A program made the position numbers and the translations under genes. Below, piece after piece: positions 1-11,250 of a stretch of DNA of 64,000 nucleotides (positions within the stretch are counted from its first letter, which is position 1; every line of letters starts with the position of its first letter). The notes beneath the pieces were generated by a model that was given only the letters and a program-made list of their open reading frames with translations, searched no databases and was not told the origin of the DNA. Origin of the DNA: Macrostomum lignano (lineage: Eukaryota); assembly GCA_002269645.1 (NCBI GenBank), contig NIVC01000150.1:744001-808000 (forward strand), in the 5' to 3' direction.

Positions 1-1407
1 GATCCCCAGTTGCTGGGCTACCAATGCCAGCCTGCCAGATCCCCAGTTGCTGGGCTACCAATGCCAGCCTGCCAGATCCTCAGTTGCTGGGCTACCAATG
101 CCAGCCTCCCAGGTCCACAGTTGCTGGGCCAGCCTCCCAGATCCCCAGTTGCTGGGCCAGCCTGCCAGATCCCCAGTTGCTGGGCTACCAATGCCAGCCT
201 CCCAGATCCCCAGTTGCTGGGCTACCAATGCCAGCCTGCCAGATCCTCAGTTGCTGGGCTACCAATGCCAGCCTCCCAGATCCCCAGTTGCTGGGCTACC
301 AATGCCAGCCTCCCAGATCCCCAGTTGCTGGGCTACCAATGCCAGCCTGCCAGATCCTCAGTTGCTGGGCTACCAATGCCAGCCTGCCAGATCCTCAGTT
401 GCTGGGCTACCAATGCCAGCCTCCCAGGTCCACAGTTGCTGGGCCAGCCTCCCAGATCCCCAGTTGCTGGGCCAGCCTCCCAGATCCTCAGTTGCTGGGC
501 TACCAATGCCAGCCTCCCAGATTCCCAGTTGCTGGGCTACCAATGCCAGCCTGCCAGATCCCCAGTTGCTGGGCTACCAATGCCAGCCTGCCAGATCCTC
601 AGTTGCTGGGCTACCAATGCCAGCCTCCCAGATCCTCAGCTGCTGGGCTACCAATGCCAGCCTCCCAGATCCCCAGTTGCTGGGCTACCAATGCCAGCCT
701 GCCAGATCCTCAGTTGCTGGGCTACCAATGCCAGCCTGCCAGATCCTCAGTTGCTGGGCTACCAATGCCAGCCTCCCAGATCCTCAGTTGCTGGGCTACC
801 AATGCCAGCCTCCCAGATCCTCAGTTGCTGGGCTACCGATGCCAGCCTCCCAGATCCTCAGTTGCTGGGCTACCAATGCCAGCCTCCCAGATCCCCAGTT
901 GCTGGGCCACCAATGCCAGCCTCCCAGTTCCCCAGTTGCTGGGCCACCAATGCCAGCCTCCCAGATCCCCAGTTGCTGGGCCACCAATGCCAGCCTCCCA
1001 GATCCCCAGTTGCTGGGCCACCAATGCCAGCCTCCCAGATCCCCAGTTGCTGGGCCACCAATGCCAGCCTCCCAGGTCCACAGTTGCTGGGCTACCAATG
1101 CCAGCCTCCCAGATCCTCAGTTGCTGGGCTACCAATGCCAGCCTCCCAGATCCTCAGTTGCTGGGCTACCAATGCCAGCCTCCCAGATCCCCAGTTACTG
1201 GGCCACCAATGCCAGCCTCCCAGTTCCCCAGTTGCTGGGCCACCAATGCCAGCCTCCCAGATCCCCAGTTGCTGGGCCAGCCTCCCAGATCCTCAGTTGC
1301 TGGGCCACCAATGCCAGCCTCCCAGTTCCCCAGTTGCTGGGCCACCAATGCCAGCCTCCCAGATCCCCAGTTGCTGGGCCAGCCTCCCAGATCCCCAGTT
1401 GCTGGGT
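1..1407. repeat. 37-bp minisatellite (gatccccagttgctgggctaccaatgccagcctccca) with 26-bp variant units; runs off the window edge
   Basis: About 39 visible tandem units; source of ORFs 10..1422, 24..1454 and 47..1438. Confidence 0.95.
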
Positions 1408-2011
1408 ACGAGCTGTTTCTAGCGCGGATGTTTCTTAACCGCATTCGTCTATGACAACCCCCCATTCAGCCCATGCGTTCTCGAGAGCATATACCCAATG
1501 CACTGGCGATAAGACAAATATAAAATTTCCCATCGAGCACAGTTCTTAGAAAATCGAGTTTAGCTTCCTCCTACTTCAGCTGTCTATGGATCCTCACTTG
1601 CTGCATTGGGCCACTACAGCCGCCCTCCCAGATCAGCTCAGCCGCCTTATCAATACTCGTACCTCACTATCACATCCTGCGGTATTTGTCCATCAAATGA
1701 GTCAAACGTAAAACGTCTTCAAGACTCCTGCGCTGGAAGCAATTAGTGAGCGAGAATTACTGAACCTTTACTGAGTGCATCTCAGCAATGGGCCGCACAA
1801 ATACATGTACTAGAATATAATCCTGATTACCAGCACTGTTTGTCCTCTAAGACGTCTAACTCGTTAAGGATAATTGAGTTTCATTGTATCTAACAGACAT
1901 GCATTGTCTGTCTACGTCTACTATGCTGATCAAGTACATTAATGTAAAATAATCAGGGTGGCGAGAGGCATTGCTGCCAATTCCGCCGACTTCCCCTGAG
2001 CAGACACACAA

Positions 2012-2140
2012 GCGCGCGGATACGTACGCAGTCATACGCACAGGCACACACTCACACAGGAGTGTACAGCGGCCCTAACTTTATTTAACATTAGGCATGT
2101 ACACTTCATTGTGCCTTGGGGGGGGGGGTTGGCTAATTGC
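2012..2140 (-). mobile_element. Fragment of the family B element body
   Basis: caggcacacactcacacaggagtgtacagcggccctaactttattta...gcatgtacacttca is the reverse complement of about 5245-5335. Confidence 0.75.
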
Positions 2141-2147
2141 ACGAGCG

Positions 2148-2447
2148 GCGGCGCCAACACCAAGGGCGCCAGCACCAAAGGCGCCAGCACCAAGGGCGCC
2201 AGCACCAAAGGCGCCAGCACCAAGGGCGCCAGCACCAAAGGCGCCAGCACCAAAGGCGCCAGCACCAGAGGCGCCAGCACCAGAGGCGCCAGCACCAGAG
2301 GCGCCAGCACCAAAGGCGCCAGCACCAAAAGCACCAGCACCAAACGCGCCAGCACCAAGGGCGCCAGCACCAAGGGCGCCAGCACCAAAGGCGCCAGCAC
2401 CAAGGGCGCCAGCACCAAAGGCGCCAGCACCAAGGGCGCCATCACCA
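2148..2447. repeat. 15-bp minisatellite (ggcgccagcaccaa(a/g))
   Basis: About 20 units, giving KAPAP/KGAST pseudo-ORFs. Confidence 0.95.
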
Positions 2448-2774
2448 ACTACACATATTGTTATCTACAATATTTTGTTTACACTTTGAAACTGATGGGA
2501 GTTATGAAAAATAAAAAAAATTACTTTAAAACTCCTGTTCAACAGTTGAGCAAGACGGTCTTAAATGTTTGTGTCTGTAGAGTAAGAGTTCTCTGGTTAA
2601 TATTTTGGAGATCGATCTCTTGCTTTTCGGTTATTTTTCATTTCTTACGTGAAAAAAAAAAACATTGTGGTTCCATGCATTGAAGCATCTTAATGCACAA
2701 TTAACTACTTTCTTGCCAGTTCCGTAGCCTAGAAGTCCTTGCCTTCTCCTTTGAGGCCTTAATAATGCCTTGCA

Positions 2775-2825
2775 ATTGGTCAGCATCCAAGCAGCCAATA
2801 GAACACATCTTAACGGAGTATAAAA
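2775..2825 (+). promoter_or_regulatory. Candidate core promoter of the DEG/ENaC gene (ATTGG, CCAAT, TATAAAA)
   Basis: ATTGG near 2775, CCAAT at 2795-2799 and TATAAAA at 2819-2825, about 80 nt upstream of the ATG. Motif match only. Confidence 0.35.
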
Positions 2826-2903
2826 CCTTATTTAAAATCTATGAAGCGGAAGAACTCCTGGCTTAGTTTGCAATTGCGTCATCACACCGCTAGCTGACCC
2901 CTC

Positions 2904-2908
2904 ATGAT

Positions 2909-2988
<80 letters not shown>

Positions 2989-3545
2989 GGGTGGTCGCCT
3001 CCAAACCTCCGCAGGAAAAGTCCGAAGTCCGGTCGCTGTGTCTCGACTGTTTGAAGCGAACGTCTGTCCGCGGCCTGCCTCGGATCCTGTCCGCCAAGTC
3101 CGCTGGCCTGCGCACCCTCTGGTTTGTTGCCGTGCTGGCCTTCTTCCTCCTGCTGCTGTACAACGTGGTAAAGCTGACCTTTGTGTACATCCGCGGCGAC
3201 GTCATTCTGGCATTCGAGCCGTGGACGCCGAGGCCGGCATTTCCCAACATCACCATCTGCGACGCGAGCCCCATGACTTACTCGGGCATGCGCAGGTTCA
3301 ACCTGACGCCCCGTGCCTACAGCCGACACGTCAAGGAGCTGGCGGCCGCCACCCAGTCTCGGGTGCAGGCGGCCGCTCTGTCCAAGTTGCTGTCGCCTGT
3401 AGCCTATCACGACCACCTGCGGCTGACCGAATTTCAGGCAGCGCTTCACGAAGATCCGCTGGTGCTGTCCGAGAGCTGCAGCGTGCACCTGCATCAGAAT
3501 GGAGTGCTGATCAACCAGGCTTGCCAGCGGGTCGAAAAGCTGCAG
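2904..3545 (+). CDS. DEG/ENaC exon 1 (polyQ, pre-TM1, TM1, FPxxTxC motif)
   Basis: ATG at 2904; donor CAG|GTATTT at 3545/3546; 214 codons. Confidence 0.88.
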
Positions 3546-5870
3546 GTATTTTTATTATTTAGTACCGGCTTGATTGCTTGTCTAGACTGAAAAAATGGAC
3601 ACAGCTCACTTCCAAGAGGCCTCGTCTCGAGTCACAAACATCACAGCATAGTCACAGAACTTCAGTGTTTTTAATCAAATATGAAATCCGTACACTTGCT
3701 GGTTCCTTTCATAGTTTTCCTAGCAATCAATCGATTATAACGATCAACTTTATTCAGGTGCCCGGCTATTTCTCCTGCTCAACAATCACGGTGGCGGAGA
3801 GCGCCGAGCGGGTCACCTTCCACCTGGTGCTGGATTCGGAGACGGACAGTTTGGAGTGCAGCAAGTGCATCCCGGACGATCCGGAGACCCTCAACACCGG
3901 GGCCATCCTGTTCCTGCACGAGCGCGACTCCTACCCGGTGAGCATCGACAACGGACTGCGCGTCATGCCGGGCACGCAGAACTTCGTGCTGGTGAAGGCC
4001 ACACGCAGCATGCAGCGCCGGTCCTGCTCGGAGTCCACGCTTGAGGACGTCGAGTTCCAGTATTCGGGCTTGAGCTTGTCCACAAAGTATTCTCAGAGCC
4101 TGTGCGAGATGCTGCACCGGCACGACAAGTACCAGGAGCTGTGCAACTGCTCTGTGGACTCTATGCCCCACGCTATTGAGGACGATGAGACTCACGGATT
4201 TGAGTCCGCACTGCCCGTCTGTCACCGACAGAAGCCACTGGCTGACAGGCAGCGCTACTACGGTGTGGCTGATGTGGGGCTGCAACACCTGGACAGGGTG
4301 GACTGTGTGTTGCAGGTGAGCTGACTGCTATGGTTTGGAAAGCTGCCACCCTTCATAGTTTCTCCATGGGTCATTATCAGTTTTTCAAATGCAAAAATCT
4401 ACAGGTCGATGGCCGATTGCCGGTACCTCCAGAGCACCGGGAGCGCTTCAAGGATCTGGAGAGCTCCCGGAACTGTCCGAAGCCCTGCCAGCAAGTGCAG
4501 TTCAGCGTTGCCCGCAGCCAGTCCAAGGGTATCGACAAGAACTCGGTGAGGAAGCTGTAGCGTAGCCTAGTGGTTAGAGCGTCGGACTCACGACATGAAG
4601 GTCGGGGGTTCGATTCCCGATCCCACTGGGACAATTTGTGTCCTTGAAAAAGACACTTAACTCTGCATTGCTTCAGTTCACCCAGCTGTAAAATGGGTGC
4701 CAGCATTAGCTGTGGTAATTGAGGGTGTGTGTGGCGACCACCCAGTCCTTGGACTGAACAGCCGTACGCAGCCTTCAGATGCGCCGCGCAATAGCTGCGG
4801 CTGAGCTGTCGGTTGAAACATCTGGCCCAATTGGGGCAGGTGTAATCAATTATTATTATTATTATCGGTGAGGAAATGAGCAATGTGCAATAAACCTAGC
4901 AACCTGGTTGGGATGAAAAGCACAGAGGGGTGGAGCGTGCGTACTTTGCTGCCGTTAGGAACAGCCAATCACAGCCTTATCGAGTGTGGAGACTGCTGAG
5001 GCCTCCCGAGCTATGAGGACATGAGAACTGAGTGAGACTGTGTACAGGACTAGCAGATCAGAAGGAACAGAATATAAATATTTTAGACATATTATTATCT
5101 TACTTAGAGGGGACCCGTAGCCCAGTGGTCTGGCGCGGCGCTCTGGTGTGCCAGCGGCCCAGGCTCGATTCCAAGTGCAGTCGCATAATTTTGGCCTAAA
5201 ATTGGAATCTCGGCTTGGCTCTGCTTGTGCAATTAACGCCCTTGAGGGCCAACCCCCAAGGCACAGTGAAGTGTACATGCCTAACGATAAATAAAGTTAG
5301 GGCCGCTGTACACTCCTGTGTGAGTGTGTGCCTGTAATCCGCGCGCAGTAATGTGTGACAATGTGGCTTACAGTGCGGCTCTAATAAAATAACAACCCCT
5401 CTGTTCAGGTGCTGGACGTATTTGAACGCTACATCTGGAACACCAGTCTGTACGGCCACATGGAAGACCGGTTGTCAGTCTACAGTCGGGCTATTCAACT
5501 GCGCGAAGCTGGACGCAAAGATGAGGCCACAGAATTGTTGCGAAGCACCACCTACCTGGAGGAAAACTTTATGACTGTGATTCTGCAGTTCGGCCCAGAT
5601 CAAGCCAAGGTCCAATCGGAGAATTTGATACTGGGATTGTCGGCGTTCATCAGCCAGATTGGCGGGCTGCTCGCCCTGTTCAGCGGAATCACCGTGGTCT
5701 GCGTGGCCGAAGTTGCCGAACTGCTGTGGCTGCTGGCTGTTCGGTTGAAGCTGCGTCGAACTGCTCCCTGCTGCCTCCGCGAGGCTGATGACAGCGGCGG
5801 CGAGGGTAAAACTGAGGTCGCCGTGGATTCGCGAGGCCGCGATGGTCAAGAAGCAGTCGCTATGCTTTGA
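2904..5870 (+). CDS. DEG/ENaC (amiloride-sensitive sodium channel superfamily) subunit, 4 exons: join(2904..3545,3758..4315,4405..4545,5409..5870), 600 aa
   Basis: All three introns are GT-AG, phase 0, and join the ORFs in frame. Family hallmarks appear in order: pre-TM1 TSVRGLPRI (HG-motif position), TM1 LWFVAVLAFFLLLLYNVV, FPNITICDASP (FPxxTxC), GAILFLH...YP, GLRVMPG, Cys-rich thumb YSQSLC...CNC...CPKPC, and TM2 ISQIGGLLALFSGITVVCVAE. Confidence 0.93.
2913..2987 (+). repeat. Pure (CAG)25 coding microsatellite (polyQ)
   Basis: 75 nt of uninterrupted CAG starting at codon 4 of the channel ORF. Confidence 0.95.
3758..4315 (+). CDS. DEG/ENaC exon 2 (palm, beta-ball, thumb)
   Basis: Acceptor TTCAG|GTG at 3757/3758; donor CAG|GTGAG at 4315/4316; 186 codons, VPGYFSC...DCVLQ. 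Confidence 0.9.
4405..4545 (+). CDS. DEG/ENaC exon 3 (CPKPC thumb end)
   Basis: Acceptor TACAG|GTC at 4404/4405; donor TCG|GTGAG at 4545/4546; 47 codons, phase 0 at both ends. Confidence 0.85.
4554..4864 (+). mobile_element. tRNA-derived CORE-like SINE (family A), full length, 11-bp TSD
   Basis: A box TAGCCTAGTGG, B box GGTTCGATTCC, MIR/CORE-like central segment (gtgtccttg...cacttaac...cagctgtaaaatggg), (TTA)n tail, flanked by TCGGTGAGGAA at 4543-4553 and 4865-4875. Confidence 0.85.
5109..5390 (+). mobile_element. Second tRNA-headed SINE-like element (family B)
   Basis: A box TAGCCCAGTGG (5118-5128) and B-box-like GGCTCGATTCC (5162-5172); body 5226-5348 recurs inverted at about 2012-2140; A-rich end. 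The 3' boundary is approximate. Confidence 0.6.
5409..5870 (+). CDS. DEG/ENaC exon 4 (TM2 and C-terminal tail)
   Basis: Acceptor TTCAG|GTG at 5408/5409; encodes SQIGGLLALFSGIT; TGA stop at 5868-5870. Confidence 0.92.
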   Translation: MLDVFERYIWNTSLYGHMEDRLSVYSRAIQLREAGRKDEATELLRSTTYLEENFMTVILQFGPDQAKVQSENLILGLSAFISQIGGLLALFSGITVVCVAEVAELLWLLAVRLKLRRTAPCCLREADDSGGEGKTEVAVDSRGRDGQEAVAML

Positions 5871-7619
5871 GGTTATCGAGCTATTAGCCTAGGCTATGTA
5901 GTATGGATCAGGTGTAGAAGAAAAGTATCTGTCTCACTGTATGCAACTGCACGTCCAGAGGCTTGAAGTTTTTAGGCTTTTTAATTTTTTGTACGAGCGT
6001 AGCTTGAAATCTGAATTTTTTGGCCTCTCTACTGTAGCTTGATGGAGTTTCTCTCCACTGTCGTGGTTTTAATGCTTTTGGGCTCTATACGATGTTATCT
6101 TGAAGGCTTCAGGCTCTCTACGGTTGTAGTTAGGAGTTTATGGGGCTCCCTACGACAGTAGCTCGTAGTTTTTAGGCTTTTTAATCTCTTTGTAGCTTGA
6201 AAGCTGAAACTGTTTGGGCTCTCTGCGACCGTAGCTTGATGTGCTGTGCTTTCTTTCTACTAGTACTATCGTAGTTTTAACGCTTTTGGGCTCTCTACGA
6301 TGTTAGCTTGAAGTTTTCGGGCTCTCTACGGGTTCGTTTGAAGGTCAATTAGATTTTCGGGTTCTCTACGGCCGCAGCTTAAAGAACATATAGTTCTAGG
6401 GCTCCCTACGAGGCCCTACGCGTTTAGCATTGAGTTCGACTCATACTTGTACTATTTAAACAATATGGTGAACGAGTTTTTTTCGCGAGCAGATGAACTC
6501 GCAAATTTGTCAAATTTCCCAATTTTCATGATGGCAGCGGTAACGAAAATTTCTTGATGAATCGTCTCAAATTTCTCCCCCAACTCAAAACTTGACGGTC
6601 ACGCTCTGGCCGGAGAGGAAAAAAGTTTTTTTGCGAAAGCTTTCAACGAGACAGCGCCGCAAAGCTATTGAGCGAGTCTAAGTGGCCCGCATGTGCGCTA
6701 CCCGCAGTTCAGGCTCGGATTTCCTTGGCAATAAAACAACAAGCCAGCGGAATGCCACGGCAGAGCCAATAATGAAAGCTTTGAAAGTGCAGAAAGAACC
6801 GCGAGAGAGAGGCGGGAGGTTCTGAAACACACGATGTTTTCCAAACCCAACTAAGCAGGAGGTAAGCAGAACAGGGTCAGTTTCCCATCATACAAGAGAT
6901 CCAAGAATATAGAAGGTTACTCGCCAAAACCTCTTCTGAATGTGTTGTTTTCTATTTGTTTATCTAGCTTGACGAAAATATTAATGAAAAACGATTTTAT
7001 TTGTTTAAACTATTGCAAGAATCCTGCATGGTAACACCGCTGTAGTCAATGCAGTCTGCAACCTTTTCTCTGCTTTTTCTTCCTAAAAAACATATTTACT
7101 GTAATGAAATATAATATTTTGATGTAAAATTAGCTTCAAAAAATATCTTTAATAAATATCTTGCTGTGTTATAACTGGATTATTGGGCACGATTTTTGAA
7201 TTGAAACATAACGAGTTTTTTTGTTTAATGCCTTTTTCCACATGCATGATGGTTGAAAGCAGATGTTATCAGACCACAAGTTCTGCGGCAAACTAGGCTG
7301 CAAAAGTACCCAGAAAGTTCTGCGTGATTCATGGCACCGAAAACAGTTTCTTCGGGAAGAAATGTTAAGCGAGGAAAACTTGCTTCCTTCTCCTTCAGTT
7401 CATCAATTGACCGACATTCTGCAGTCTAGGATTTCATAGAAACTGACCAGATAAATACAACTGACGGTATATGAATCCGCATAAATTTTATTGATAGATT
7501 AGCAGCATTATTATTTACTATTAGGTATCATTTAATCTGGTTTAGCAAATTCTGATCTATGATTTAGGGACATTATTGCTATCGATTGGTACGCTCGTAC
7601 TGGTAGAACATAGTCTCCA

Positions 7620-7780
7620 TTGAGTAAGATTCTACTCTTATTTGAGTAGACCCTACTTTTGTTTAAGTAGATCCTACTCTTATTTGAGTAGACCCTACTC
7701 TTTTTTGAGTAGACCCTACTCTTTTTTGAGTAGACCCTACTCTTATTTGAGTAGACCCTACTCTTATTTGAGTAGATCCT
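7620..7780. repeat. 22-bp minisatellite (ttgagtagaccctactcttatt)
   Basis: About 7 units. Confidence 0.9.
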
Positions 7781-7814
7781 GCTATTAGTTGGGTAGTCCC
7801 TTATTGTCTATCCT

Positions 7815-8068
7815 TAATCATAATTATAATAATTGATTACACCTGCCCTAATGGACAGATGTGCAACCGACAGCTCAGCCGCAGCTATTGCGCGGCGCAT
7901 CTGAAGGCTGCGTACGGCTACTCAGTCCAAGGACTGGGAGATCGCCACACACACCCTCAATTACCCCAGCTAATGCTGGCACCCATTTAGGATACAAGTT
8001 GTTCCAGTGGGATCGGGAATCGAACCTCCGACCTTCAAGTCGTGAGTCCGACGCTCCAACCACTAGGC
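7815..8068 (-). mobile_element. SINE family A copy with an internal deletion of the CORE-like segment
   Basis: Reverse complement matches the 4554 copy (head, cagcattagctggggtaattgagg, 3' end, AT tail) but jumps from gtatcct to aaatggg. Confidence 0.85.
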
Positions 8069-8552
8069 TACAAGCCTCTATTTAGTCGGCCCTCATATTA
8101 TCCGAGTGTATCTGTATCTACACAACAGAAGTACGTTGACCACGTATAAAATTTACATGCAAACATCCTACCAGATACAGTCTTCCAGTTTGGACTTTTA
8201 AAACATGGCAATGCATGATAAAGAATAGCAGATGGAGTGCAGAAAGCAGCAGAGAGGTATTTCTGCTTCCGAAAAAAAATATTTTTTAAAGCGTTCAATT
8301 ATAACAAAGCCTTAGTAGTCAGAACGTCCGCTTCAACGGTCTCCGTGTGCTGCAGCATTCAAGAATGCTTTTGACAGGGGCATCTTGCTGAGGACAAAAT
8401 ACAGGCAGATGCTGAATACCGCTGGTGTGGTATGGGCGTTGTAACTGCAGCCGAGCCTCCTGCCTTGGGCGCATTCTTCCCTCCCAGCTTCTCCCTCTGG
8501 CATGATTAATTACCAACAGCAGTTGATAGCGACACTTTGAAATATAATACTC

Positions 8553-8995
<443 letters not shown>

Positions 8996-9744
8996 CCTCA
9001 CACATTTTACACAGCCAGGCACAGTCGTTACCTCCATGAATGATGAAGCCATAAAGCTTTCGTCCCGTTTTTTTTCTTTTCAACAAAAGACGCTGCCGAG
9101 GTCATAAAAGCTTATTCATTTTGGTCTACTTATTACACTAAACCGCAGCTCTGACATGTCGGTTCATTGATAAAAAGTTAGATCAATTTTTCAAGATTTC
9201 AGGAGTAGCCTAGGTCAGGAGCTGACAGTGTTTTGACCTCATGAGCAATACTGCTTGCTGCTCAGGATCACCCCCCCGCTCGGAAAGGAACTCCCGGAAA
9301 TGAGCTGGCAGGAAGCAGAGAGTAACACCTGTTGCGCCGTGAGCACGCAATGTTTATATTTCGTTTCTCTATGAAGTCAAGCAACTGCTGCAGCAGCTGT
9401 AAACGTCTGGGTGCCAGTTTACAGGTTTTCAAGCTGGACCGCATCGGCTGTTTTTCAGTCAGACTGTATTAGTAAAGCATACTAGCAATAATATAATTTA
9501 TTAATGTCTGGGCGTGGACGTAGACTTTGGTTGAGCCTCATACTCAGATGAAAGTTCATACTAAGCTTCATTGCAAGAATTTCAATGAGCAGCCGGCGTT
9601 TTTGGGAATTTGAACTCCGCACTTATTGAGTGCTCAACTTTCCTAACTTTGCGTCGTCAGTCTGTCTTGTATTGAGAATAAGTTTTGAGATTTCGTTTTA
9701 ATTGCATAGAATATTTTCCCTCGCTAAGCTCTGATTGTGCACCT

Positions 9745-10235
9745 CTCTCTCCCACTCTCCCTTTCCTCTCTCTCCCTCCCCCTCTCCCCTTCACTCACTC
9801 TCACTATCCCCTCTCCCCCTCTCCCCCTCTCCCCTCTCCCCTCTCCCCCTCTCCCCCTCTCCCCCTCTCCCCTTCTCTCACTCTCACTCTCCCCTCTCCC
9901 CCTCTCCCCTTCTCTCACTCTCACTCTCCCCTCTCCCCCTCTCCCCTCTCCCCCTCTCCCCTTCTCTCACTCTCACTCTCACTCTCACTCTCCCCTCTCC
10001 CCTCTCTCCTTCTCTCACTCTCACTCTCCCCTCTCCCCCTCTCACCCTCTCCCCCTCTCCCCTTCTCTCACTCTCACTCTCCCTCTCCCCTCTCCCCTTC
10101 TCTCACTCTCACTCTCCCCTCTCCCCCTCTCCCCCTCTTCCCCTCTCCCCTTCTCTCATTCTCCCTCTCCACCTCTCCTCTCTGTCCTCTCTCCCTCTCT
10201 CCCTCTCTCTCACTCTCCCTCTCCACCTCTCCTCT
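9745..10235. repeat. Polypyrimidine composite repeat (ctctccc / ctcact)
   Basis: Low-complexity C/T tract. Confidence 0.9.
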
Positions 10236-10714
10236 GCTTTTCCTCTTTCTATTCTTGCCTCTATCTCCTACCCTCCCCATCTTATTTTTCCAGCTGTCTC
10301 AACCCTCTGTCTCCTTCTTCGTGTCTTTTTCGCTTTTTTTCGAAGCCAAAACACATGGCGCAGAGCTCACCGAGCTCCCCGAAAGCTCACTTATCAGCTA
10401 CGATTTGAAAAAAAAATCAAAACCACCCTTACACTCTCCGTCTTGCTTGCAGCCAGCCGGCGAAATGAAATGCAAATTTTTATTTACTCTGTCAATCATT
10501 GAATCGAAGAAATATCAATTGGCTATTCTTAAAAGCAGAAGGCATGAGCACTGCTCAGCTGCAGTCTGAACATGGAGCTATTGAAGCAGCTCTGACTGCC
10601 CGAACTCTGCACTCTAGAGAATCGGGGATTTCATCCCAATTCGTCGCTTTCCTATTTCTGCTGAAGCAGAGCCTGATTAAAGAGTATGCCATGACTATGG
10701 GGCAATCGGGGAGA

Positions 10715-11250
10715 GTTATGGGAGAGTGGGGAAGAGTAGGGGAGAGTGGGGAAGAGTAGGGGAGAGTGGGGGAGAGTGGGGGAGAGTGGAGTGGGGGAGA
10801 GTGGTGTGGGGGAGAGTGGAGTGGGGGAGAGTGGAGTGGGGGAGAGTGGAGTGGGGAGAGTGGAGTGAGGGAGAGTGGTGTGGGGGAGAGTGGAGTGGGG
10901 GAGAGTGGAGTGGGGGAGAGTGGAGTGGGGGAGAGTGGAGTGAGGGAGAGTGGTGTGGGGGAGAGTGGAGTGGGGGAGAGTGGAGTTGGGGAGAGTGGAG
11001 TTGGGGAGAGTGGAGTGGGGGAGAGTGGAGTGGGGGAGAGTGGAGTGGGGGAGAGTGGTGTGGGGGAGAGTGGAGTGAGGGAGAGTGGTGTGGGGGAGAG
11101 TGGAGTAGGGGAGAGTGGAGTGGGGGAGAGTGGTGTGGGGGAGAGTGGAGTGGGGGAGAGTGGAGTGGGGGAGAGTGGAGTGGGAGAGAGTGGGGAATAG
11201 TGGGGGAGTGGAGTGGGAGAGATTGGAGTGGGGGAGAGTGGGGGATTGGG
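10715..11250. repeat. G-rich 15-bp repeat (gggggagagtggagt)
   Basis: About 28 regular units plus degenerate flanks. Confidence 0.92.

Noticed and set aside
10-1454. Three overlapping ORFs of about 470 aa
   Set aside because: All three frames are open over a 37-bp satellite, an artefact of the unit sequence.
4561-4635. tRNA gene calls at SINE heads (also near 5109, 8000, 21405, 46171 and 46620)
   Set aside because: A and B boxes are present, but they continue into shared SINE bodies and tails without a clean acceptor stem and terminator.
5960-6400. Degenerate repeats (ctctacg...tagcttgaa) after the channel stop codon
   Set aside because: Too diverged to define a unit or assign a function by eye; probably an old minisatellite.
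6730-6735. AATAAA as the channel polyadenylation signal
   Set aside because: A single hexamer 860 nt downstream of the stop with no independent support.
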